A DNA stretch of 64,000 nucleotides from NCBI GenBank assembly GCA_047495785.1, contig JBLDXI010000009.1:992001-1056000 (forward strand). Direction: 5' to 3'. The position numbers were made by a program, and so were the translations under genes. Source of the stretch: Lepidodermella squamata (Eukaryota; Animalia; Gastrotricha). Positions 51,487 through 61,557 of the stretch are shown piece by piece. Each line of letters begins with the position of its first letter. Within the stretch, counting starts at the first letter, position 1. The notes below the pieces were generated by a model. That model saw only the letters and a program-made list of their open reading frames with translations. It was not told the DNA's origin and made no database searches.

Positions 51487-52878
51487 ATGGAAAGTGAGAA
51501 AGATGTGAAATACGCATTAATAAGAAATATTCCGCGCAGCCTGCATTCCAAGAATTTGAGAGAGTTTTTCTCTGAATTCATCGAGTCTTCAAAATTTGAA
51601 TGCTTCCATTTTCTTCATCGAGCGGAGAGCAAATTGGATATTGTTGGAAATGTAAACGTTTCCCCGGCGTTGAGCCCATCTCCCGATATCTGTTGCTGCG
51701 TTGCGAAAGTCAACTCAAAGAACTTCGATTTATTCATCAGGAAATACCATGGTAAACCGTGGGGCATTGGCCAACCTCGCTGTCATGTTCAGTCTTTGAA
51801 TACTTCTGGTCTGGATCTTGACAAACTCCAGGAACTTCATCCTCCACCCGTGATGCCCAAGTGAGTTTACGTGCTAGAATTTTTTCTTCAATTTACTTAT
51901 ACTAAATTGTTCAGTGGAAACGTCGGTACGCCTACTAGCGTGTTCGTTGATGAAATTAGGCAATGTAAACTTCCGACATCAATAATCAGCAAACTTGGGT
52001 TGAAGTTTCCCAATTCTACAGGAAGGAAATACTCGAATGTTCCTTTTCGTTACGATGCTAAGAATGAGTCGGACGAAAGCTCCGACGAAGATGCCGATGA
52101 CTGTGAAGAATTTGAGCGTCACGAAGCTAACATGGATGATCCTAGCAATCAAGAAAGAAACCAAGAACGGATGTATGAAGAGCCGCTTGAGGTCGTTTGG
52201 GAGAAGGGCGGTTCAGGGCTATTATTTTACACAGATGCACAGCATTGGGACGAATTAGCTGGCGATTTCGACGCTAAAACCGCTGATGACCATGACGTTG
52301 ACATGAGCGTTTATTACGAAGGCTACGAAGCAGGGGATATGGATGCTCGTCAACGCATTGAAATGGCCGAAAGCGATCGTTTGTCAGCGGGGCTCTACAA
52401 ACCCGAAAGAGATGGCCAACCACCAAAGTCTAAAAAACCGGTTTGGATGAAGAGAAACCGATCGCGATCTAGATCGCCCTCCGCTGCATCAAGCTCAAAG
52501 CCTGTTGAAGGTTTCGGGAAGCATATTTTACAATCTCAAGGATGGAAACCTGGCGAGGGTCTTGGTCGTGACAAGCAAGGCATTCCAGAGCCTATCGAAG
52601 CAGACGGGCAAGGTCCGCGAGATCGAATCGGATTTGGATATCGGGGGTCAAAATTGAATCTACAGGCTGCAGTCGAAGCTGCTAAGAAAGCAGCGGAAGC
52701 ACGCCGTGGGCCACGTCTTATAGCCACAATTTATGATAAGACAACTTCTGATGATAGGGACCCTGGTATGCTTCGAAGAAATGACCATTATCAGCTACGT
52801 TATCGGGGCGATCCCGCATCTCCCACGAGCGTTAAGCCCGATGGATCGACTGGAATGTCTTCAACGGATTATAGATGA
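51487..52878 (+). CDS. GPATCH3: G-patch domain protein 3; intron 51861..51914
   Basis: FECFHFLHR.E, ELHPPPVMP.|GNVGTP, C.LP.SIISKLGL.FP, EVVWEKGGSGLLFYTDAQ.W and D.DVDMSVYY. G-patch GFGKHILQSQGWKPGEGLG....GIPEP. Confidence 0.93.
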
Positions 52879-53122
52879 CTCTTTTTTCACTTGAAACACG
52901 AGTTCAGCCGTAATATTTTATTTGAAAAAATTTGAAATAAAAACGAGCGCCACATTAAATTTGTCCTCTTAATAATAACACAAATCCTTCAAAACACCTG
53001 GTGCTTATCATAAAGTATTTTCAACTTCAAATGGAAGAATCGAAGAGAAAGAGCCCGAGTCGTGCACTTAGATAACAATAAAAGCAGTCATAGATTATTT
53101 TAGATTGTTGATATCCACCACG

Positions 53123-54195
53123 TTAGCTGATTTTGCATTCGATTGCCATTGGGTCACAATCCTCATACACCTTGGAAAACATCAAGCATTAATGAAGGCG
53201 AAGATGGAAACATTAAGCTAAAATTTACCTTGAAAAGCGGGTTGTCTAGGTCGCCTCGATTGCCGGTGTCTGAACCTTCACCTGAGAGGCCAGTTGTTCG
53301 AATGCATGCACACCTTGGGTCAGGTTGCCCCGGACGGTAGTATTTTCTAGGAACACCGCCCCATTCGCGTGTAACGCCTCCACTACCAGGAGCACAAGAC
53401 ACGTAACCACCTTCAGCTTTGCTCCATCGACTATTGCACGGCGGATATTTAACTCTGTCTAGTTCGGTTGCTTCTTTCTCCTTATCACCGGCCTCAGCAC
53501 ATTTATTGAAAGCATCCAAAGCGGCCGTCGGAAGGCCTTTTTCGTCGTAGAACCGGCCCACAAGTCGGCCAAGGTATACATAATTGTCATGATAAAATTG
53601 AGTCCAAGTTTTCAATTCAGCGCATTGATGAGCATCAAAATCAGAAATATCATCGATGAGACCTTCTTCAGTAAAATCCCCTGTCACATACTGAAAAACA
53701 ACAATTAAAACAGTCGTTAACAGGGTCAAAAAACAGTTCTCATACCGCTCGAGTAGCGTCCTTTCCTGAAACAAAATTGAAAGTAAAATTTGAAATCACT
53801 CAAATCGCGTAAAATTGACCAGAAAAGAAACTATATCCACCATCAACGCCGTAGTGTTTTTGACCTTTGGTCACATCAAAAACTCGGCCAAGAACAGATA
53901 AGTATATTATTTTTGCATCTGAAGAGTGGGCTGCAAGCTCAGCAGGTTGAATTATACGAATTTCCGGCTGAAAAAAGATCATGAATCAACCTTATGAATG
54001 ATACGTGTTGGTTATTACTTCGTTTTTCTGGTCAGAAGTTGGTTTCGATGGTTTGTGGAAGGCCATCAGTCCTTCATACAGACCAGGTGCGTGCTCCTTC
54101 ATAGCCAGAAAAATGGGCACGTGGTATCTCGCCACCAAGTAAGCAGCTATGCCCATTGTAGCCGAAAACAGTATCAACCTTAAAGCTAAGCCCAT
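53123..54195 (-). CDS. CYB5D2: Neuferricin (cytochrome b5-like MAPR-family protein); four exons
   Basis: N-terminal signal/anchor; IYLSVLGRVFDVTKGQKHYG..GGYSFFSG; YVTGDFTEEGL; GRLVGRFYD; PPCNSRWS; WGGVPRK; PRCAC. The last exon reads VYEDCDPMAIECKIS*. Confidence 0.92.
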
Positions 54196-54361
54196 TCTAC
54201 AAAACAAAAAATGGCAATTCTGGTTAACATTTATTACCAACATAGGTATGAAGTGATGTTTCTCTCGTAGCGTGCCGTAATTTATTATCACAGATTCACA
54301 ACAAATTTAATTGAGATCTTTTTTTGATGGCTCACAGCTATTGCCATTAATCTAGTAGGTG

Positions 54362-54815
54362 TTATTTTTGCATGGAAAATTGTTCAATAAAATCGTTTTG
54401 CTCGTTTTCCAGACGCTGAAGAGATTCCAACTCAGTTCGCAAACGTTCCATGTGCATTTTCCTTTCAGCAATGAGTGAGCGAAGCTGTTCTTCTTCAGAA
54501 ACTCGTTCTTTCGCCATAGAATTCACCAGATTTCGAGCAGCTATTGCTTTCATTTTTTCAGCTTCAACTTGCTTGGCCGCATTAGATAAAACTCCTTCGA
54601 AAAATACGATGAGCTTTTGAAATTCAGCCATTTCTAAGAGCAAAGATAAAAAGTCAACCATGCTGAATTATGACATCAAACTTACTGTCAGAGAATTCAT
54701 TGGCACAGTCGCGAATCTCGTTTGACAGTTGCGCTGTCTGAGGGTCTAGAATGCGAATTTTCTGCAGTTCATCAATGTACAACCCCGCGTCTTGGAGAGC
54801 TTGGTCAGCTGACAT
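54362..54815 (-). CDS. IFT20: Intraflagellar transport protein 20; two exons
   Basis: AGLYIDELQKIRILDP, EFQKLI, AKQVEAEKMKAIAARNL and ERLRTE.ESL...E.EQNDFIEQF. Confidence 0.95.
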
Positions 54816-55154
54816 CTTTTAAATATTGCAACTAAGAAAAGAATAATAATAAATTGATGCGAATCAGTTTTAAAGATTGTAAAGGAAAAATCGTAGAAAA
54901 ATATTTTGATTCTGAGCATGGCTAGAAATCAACAACCGAAGGCAACAATCAAAAAATTGCACTGATTTGCCGTAGCATTAGGACCATGAGTACAGGATGA
55001 ACCGCCAAGAAAGAATTATTCCGGAGCAAGCGTTGACGCATAAATGATCGAACATTAAAATATATCAATATATCACGTGGAAATCATTCTACAGGCAAAG
55101 ATATGGTTTCAAGTCACGTAAGGTCCCGAAAATAAAATATGATGTCTGCGCCGA

Positions 55155-56571
55155 TCAAACAGGTGGCAGAAATTTTCCAGGGTGACTTTTGAAAAGTCGT
55201 TGCCACCCTGAGCCATTAGGCCATTCCCACTCCGCTACTGAACTCTCTAATATCTTAGTGCTGTAACCAGAAGCCCGAGGCACTAGATAATGACCGGCTT
55301 TAACGACGGGGGGATCTATGAAATGCTCGTGAAGATGATCCGCAAATTCCGTAACGGCGGCGCCTCGCGCCAAAATATCAGGCGAGGCCAGGCAAAGATG
55401 GTAAAATGCCGATAAATGCTGAACCATTTCACACAACCCGACGCCACCGGCATGCGGGCAGACAGGTATTCCAAACTTGACAGCCATCAAAATGACAGCG
55501 ATGTTCTCAGAGACGCCTCCAAGACGACAACTGTCAATTTGCGCGTAATCAATAGCCTTCAACTGGAAAAGCTGCTTGAATATTATTCTATTTTGGCAAT
55601 GCTCGCCAGTTGCAACGCCCATTCCTAACGGCCGGACGGCCTCCGCTATAGCGGCATGGCCTACGGCATCATCCGGGCTCGTCGGCTCTTCAATCCAAAC
55701 TGGATGGAAACCAGCAAGTGCACGCATCCACTCAATCGACTCAGCAACGCCCCAAACTTGATTTGCGTCAACCGCCAAGGAGTTATTGGGGCCTATTTCA
55801 CGACGGATAATTGCGGCTCGGCGTTTATCAGCATCTAGGTCTTTGCCGACCTTCATTTTAAAGAACCTGAAACCCTCAGCGAGTGCATCGCGGCACTTCT
55901 GAGCTGCCTCCTCGTCTGTGTACCCAAGCCAGCCGGCACTTGTAACGTAAGCCGGAACGCCAGTTTCAAGCAGACCTTGCTCTCGCTGTTGTTTGTATAG
56001 TTGGCCTCGCCTTAGAAAATCTAGCGCTTCGTCCTTAGTAACAGCATCTTCAATGTATCGAAAGTCGATTGTCGCTATGAGTTCTTCAGGATCCATTTCA
56101 GCTAACAGGCGCCACAAAGGTTTCTTAGCCTTTCTAGCCCAAAGATCCCACACTGCATTTGTAATAGCGGCAAGAGCCAGGTGAACCACGCCTTTCTCTG
56201 GGCCAAGCCAACGCAGCTGAGGCTCGAAGGCTAGCTCGCGCCAGAAAGCACCGAATCCAGCTCCTGTTAAGAGCGTGCCAACATCTCTTCCAACAACGAA
56301 CGGCGCGTAAGCTTTGATCGCGGCGCATACGACCTCAGTACCTCGCCCGCAGGTGAAAGTAAGCCCATAGCCATGTTCGTGCTTAGAAGTCTCAATGACG
56401 ACATAAGCACACGAGTAATCCTGAATCCATAGACATAACATAAAATTGCTCTCAGGATATTGCTATCCAACTTACAGGGTCCGTGTGCATGGCGTCACTG
56501 CCATGCTGTTCCAGGCTCGTTGGAAACCGCAAATCGAATACTTTCACCCGAATTATTGTTTCAGCTGCCAT
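55155..56571 (-). CDS. ENOSF1: Enolase superfamily member 1 (L-fuconate dehydratase, rTS); two exons
   Basis: DLRFPTSLEQHGSDAMHTDP|DYSCAYVVIET, QLRWLGPEKGVVHLA, FKMKVG, DANQ.W, WIEEPTSPDD, ATGEHCQNR and VCPHAGGVGLCEMVQHL. Confidence 0.96.
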
Positions 56572-56724
56572 TTAAATGCCTAAACAGAAATCGGAAATCC
56601 ATTGAAAATAAGAAACATATTATCTCAGCATTGCAATTGGCAAAATAATATCCGCGACTTTTTCAGTCGTATAACTCATAATGATGAAAATTGCGCGGTG
56701 TTTAGAGGCTGGATAATATCATAT

Positions 56725-57795
56725 CTAGGCAGAGAGTTTGCAAGCAGTCAGAGTATTGTCCACCGTTCCAATGAGAATGTAATCGCCAACTTTTACCACG
56801 CTAGAAGCAGCAGTAACCAACTGGCCATCATCGATGAAAATTTCTTCAAGGTTCGAAAGTGAACCGTCCGGTGAAACAGTAAATTTGCTAACAAAGCTAG
56901 GGACAGTGTGACCACGGGTGACTTGGAGGTGAATGGCGGAATCGATCATTCTGTAGGAACCAGCCAGCCAGAGAGTGTCGGGCTTTGAACCCTTTCCGGG
57001 TAATAAATCAATGTTATCAACAAGGGAAAGCGCAGGATATTGCTTAATAAATTCCAACGAATTGTCTGCATTCCGTGCGTACATGGCTATCGATTTGGAC
57101 CCAGAAAGTCCAACATAAATGGTTTTCGCGTCGGTGGAAGATTGAATGCCATTAGGAATAAACAAGTTCTTCACCACTACAGTAGCACTGATGCCATCGA
57201 AAAACACCACATCGCCGATGGGAAGCATTAAAGTGGATTGAATGAAGTTAATGAGCTTATTTCGTCCACTCATCCAGTTTGTAGCATAAAATTTATAATC
57301 GTCAACCACAACAAGATCATTCAACAAACGGAAGGTCGGGTCGGTAATTCTTTTCAAATGAGTAAGTTTCAAATTATCGAAATCCATTTCGAAAACATCC
57401 ACGCATTCCAAATTGTTGTCGTGGTTCACGACATATAGGTGATACGCCCCGTCAGTAGTTGATTTCCATACATAAATACCATGAGGGTGGAAGGAATCTT
57501 TGGCGAATGAAGAATCAAATGTAAACGGCTCCGGTTTTAGGGAATCGATCACGTTCAGGTTTAATAAAAAAATATTTGACGGAAACTGAGGCACAAATCC
57601 CGAAGAAACGATAGCGATGTTTTTTTCTTCTATCACTTGAATATCTTCTGATCCGTACTTGATGCCAGGAACTTTGTAGCAGTTGCGAGGCCCAAGAATT
57701 TTTGCTGAGCGCCAGACATCCAATACCTCAATCAAATTGATAACGTGGAGGATGAATAGCGAAGCGAACGAAAGGGCTACGATTTTTCCAAACAT
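56725..57795 (-). CDS. Paraoxonase/arylesterase-family lactonase (six-bladed beta-propeller); intronless
   Basis: N-terminal hydrophobic anchor; NC..V.GI..GSEDI, FHPHGI, LYVVNH, NDLV, FYATN, PNGI, LVDNI and C-terminal IGTV.....CKL. Confidence 0.93.
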   Translation of the reverse strand: MFGKIVALSFASLFILHVINLIEVLDVWRSAKILGPRNCYKVPGIKYGSEDIQVIEEKNIAIVSSGFVPQFPSNIFLLNLNVIDSLKPEPFTFDSSFAKDSFHPHGIYVWKSTTDGAYHLYVVNHDNNLECVDVFEMDFDNLKLTHLKRITDPTFRLLNDLVVVDDYKFYATNWMSGRNKLINFIQSTLMLPIGDVVFFDGISATVVVKNLFIPNGIQSSTDAKTIYVGLSGSKSIAMYARNADNSLEFIKQYPALSLVDNIDLLPGKGSKPDTLWLAGSYRMIDSAIHLQVTRGHTVPSFVSKFTVSPDGSLSNLEEIFIDDGQLVTAASSVVKVGDYILIGTVDNTLTACKLSA

Positions 57796-58926
57796 CAGTA
57801 AAACTAGAAATAAAAATCACACAAAGCGCGCGAATGCGCAGTGTAGGAAATTTTACAAGTTAATGAATGAGCTCGAACTACACTTCTGCTAAGAGGGCAG
57901 TGGACAAGAAATCATCATTGTCAACATTATATTAAATGTGAGATGGATTAAATATACTAACAAAGCTTATAAGGTTCCTAATTCATTTGAACGCCACAAT
58001 CAATCAAGAGAATTGATACCCATGTGAAACAAAAATGTCTTTCAAACTATCAGCTACCAGCCACATGGAATTTCCAATTTCAATGCCTGCTTGAAACAGA
58101 AGCTAGGAGCTCACTTTATTTTGGCAGTTGGCTCGTTTAAAAACTCCTGGAAGTCAAATGCACACCAAGAGATGCGAGCTAAATGTGGTCTGCTGACAGA
58201 TAGCCTGCTTTATCCAATATGAAACATAAAAAAATCCACATTAAATGAATCCGAATCTTCCATCACGGATCACGGATCACGGCTTGAATCAATCACTCTA
58301 AAGCTCATCAGTTCATTCAGTAAAAAGACAAGGCACACCATAAGGACACATTGATTGAGCAAATAAATTGGGCAGTAAAGAATATAAGTATTATAGATTA
58401 CGGGGCTACTGTAAAGCGAATTCGACGACGAAAGCAGCTTGACAAACGATCTTCGATCTTGGCAAAACGATGAATTCAAGCGGCGGAGACCTTGGTCTTC
58501 GAGTCTACTCTTTTGGACAGCTACTTTTAGATACCCTTCATTCGGATGCTAATGAATACAAAAAACTAGCTCTATTAACACCATGTAGCCACTATGTTTA
58601 AAATTTTAATTATAACAGTTAACAAAATTTTGATAAATTTTAACGGTGAAAATATTTGGCGCTAAAAATTTTAAACCGTTGCAGATATATCGCGGAGCAG
58701 AGTGCGGTGAGTCTGTGTTTGTCTGTGTTTGTCTGCCTGCGTGAAAGTTGGCTAAGCTGGACAGGTCTTAACCACATCCGAAAGTGTGGACTTTACATTT
58801 TTACTCATGGTCTAAACTGTAATGGCGGTCCGTTGTTGTAGGTTTATAGCAAATCGATCCAGTTTGAGCAAATTGTTTTAAAAACCGTAGAAGAAGAAGC
58901 AGAAGTTATAGATCGCTTTAAACCGT

Positions 58927-60470
58927 TGGTTGGATGGATGGATGGATGGATGGATGGATGGATGGATGTTAGACCCTGACACCAATTCTGGTGATTTAAC
59001 AGGGCTTCGGTTGATGAGTTAAAACCTGTCACCGATTATTCGGTGTTAGGCGCAGAGTGGCACAATAGAATACGAAAATAAATTATAAAAATAGAGCTAT
59101 GATCTATTTGGTCCATTCAGACACCTGCTCGATGAAGAATTGCTGCAAGTAGGCGGCTTTGCGACAGGCTTTCGAGCTAGTCAGCTTACGAATGAAGGGG
59201 TCGGTCTGACTCCATGCCTTCGAGCCGCGGATGAGGAAAGTTCGGTCTTGGGTGACACTGTCGGACTGCGTGGCCTTGAGGCTGCCGTTAGTGGAACTGC
59301 GAAGTCCTGGGTTCACCTCCGTCTTCGGCTTGAAGAGCTCGATTAGCTCGACTGGTGCTTCGCCATGCAGGCACTGGAAAACCAGTGAGTGTGTTGTTTC
59401 GTGTACGTGCCTTCGTCCAGTGAGTGTGAGCCATTTCAGGTGGCGGCGCAAATCGTCAACTGGACATGAGTAGTCTTTCATCATCAGAGCTCTGATGGCG
59501 TTATCTTGAGCTCTATCAAGGGTCTTCCTGGCGGCAGCAGAGCCAGCACTGAGTATAACGGCACAGTAGCTGAGTCGCGAGTTTACCAGGCTGTTGAAGA
59601 TGGCTTTGCGACCGTCTAACGGGATACCGTTCTGGCCGGCTAGACGGAGGGCGTAAGATCCGCTGCGACACTTCGCATGGACGAGCTGGGCGTGTTCTTC
59701 AAAGCTGAGGCGATTATCGACTTGTACTCCGAGCAGCTTGATTGATTGTTGAGGATGAATGAGCGTTCCGTTCACATTGACTGGTAGGTTGGCGTCGATT
59801 TTCGCGGTTTTCGGGCCGATGTACATTATTTGAGTCTTCGTTTCATTCAACTTAAGAGAGTTGACACTTGACCAGTTTGCGACATTGCAGAGCTGTTTTT
59901 CGAGTATGGACTTCGCTTCATCAATTGTTGACCCAATCGCATAGATCGTAGTGTCGTCAGCGTACATAACGGAATAGCAGTTGGGATCGTTGATAGTCTC
60001 TGGCAGTTCATTAACATAGACGGTGAAGAGAAGAGGGCCGAGGACGCTCCCTTGAGGGACACCATATCTGATTGGCAAGGGCGACGAGGAGATGTTGCCG
60101 ACTTTAACCTTCTGGTGACGGTTAGATAGATAGTCCGTGAACAGGTTCAGGGCTTCGGGTCCAAGACCAAACGAACGGAGAGATTCGATAACCCCAGCAG
60201 GGTCAAGCGAATCGGACGCCTTTGATAGATCCAGGCTGGCAGTGGCGACGTACTTGTTTTGTGCTGCAGCTACGAGCCATTTCTCAGCGAGCGATACCAG
60301 ACAGCCGCTTGTCGAGTGGTGTTTGCGAAATCCGAACTGATATTTTGACAGGAAGCTGTTCAGGTGAGGTTTCAGTTGTTCACCTAGGCAGCGTTCGAAG
60401 AGTTACAGGCAGCCAGGTAGAATCAAGATAGGACGGTAATTCTCAGGCAGCTGGTTCTCGCCCGACTTGT
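58927..60470 (-). mobile_element. 5'-truncated CR1/L2-group non-LTR retrotransposon (RT domain, 3' UTR, CATC tail); defective
   Basis: ENYRPI, QFGFRKHHST, LDLSKASD, GVPQGSVLGPLLF, YADDT, LKLN..KT and KLLGV. There is an in-frame stop near 60404 and no endonuclease domain. Confidence 0.93.
58931..58967. repeat. (TGGA)n microsatellite, which is the (CATC)n 3' tail of the adjacent LINE
   Basis: About nine perfect TGGA units directly abut the LINE 3' UTR. Confidence 0.9.
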
Positions 60471-60679
60471 TATTTGTCACGTTATTCGTCACGTGCATTC
60501 GCTGCGCGACAGAAAAAATTGGTAGACTAGTTCATCATTTCATTAGTTATTGATACGTCTAGTTAACTTCTTATACAGGTTAAGCTACTTGATTATTTCA
60601 GGGTTGAGGGTTGTTAGAAATGTTTGTACAAATTAAGCCAAAATAATTGTCGTAGTCGTATGGCAATTCGTTGCGGATG

Positions 60680-61480
60680 GCGGCGATTGATGAGGGCGGG
60701 TTGTGGCAGTGGCAGAGAATGTGGCGACTGAGATTCCAGCTATTACCGTCGGTTTCGACTTCCTCGCAATGAGGGAACCTGATTGGGGCGGTAGTCTTCG
60801 GGGTCGGCCAAGGTGAACTCCTTGATTAGAAGGCGATGAGAAGTTGCCGGGTGGAGACCGAGGGAGCACTTAATATATCGCAGATGGATTGGTGGTGAGC
60901 CGGCCGGATGGAACAGCCCCCAGATTTCAGCGCCGTAGCCAAACTGCGAGAGCACGCCGCAATTGTAGACCTCCTTGAGCGCCCACAGCGGCAGCTGGCT
61001 GAATTGTCGAAACAACTTCGGGACGGCTCCGGCCGCTCGCTGGAGCTTCAGGTGAGCTTCGTCGATGGCTTTCTTGTAGAGCAGCGGACCGTCCAGCCAC
61101 ACCCCCAAGTATTTGAAACAGTCGACCATTTCGATTTCATGTTGATTCAGGTGGAACATGATGTGATCAACTTGATGCCGCTCTTTGCCTTTGTAAAAAA
61201 CCATCCATTTTGTTTTGCCGACGTTTACTTTCAGGCGGTTTTCCAAGGCGAACTTGTCCAATACAGCCAGGTATCTGTCCATGTCGCCTTTAGACAGAGC
61301 TAGAAAGACGACGTCATCGGCGTGGAGTAGCGCCCTGATGGAGTGGTAGCCGACTGGTAGAGCTTGCGTGCCTTTGAGCTGGTCGAGGTTGTCGAGAAGA
61401 TCATCTATATAGATAGAGAATAGTAGTGGGGAGAGGGGGTCACCCTGCTTGACGCCGCGTTGAATGCGGAAAGACTCGGA
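60680..61480 (-). mobile_element. Internal RT fragment of a second, different non-LTR retrotransposon family
   Basis: SESFRIQRGVKQGDPLSPLLFSIYIDDL...LLHADDVVFL...LKVNVGKTKWMVF...FKYLGVW...YGAEIWG. Truncated at both ends. Confidence 0.9.
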
Positions 61481-61557
61481 TCAAAATTGTTTAATCTGAT
61501 ACTAATTGGACTACATTGCTGACTTTATAGAGAAGGAAAACGTCAATTTATACGAAG

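Noticed and set aside
58262-58282. (ATCACGG)x3 tandem repeat
   Set aside because: Too short to imply function, and it has no spacers, so it is not CRISPR-like.
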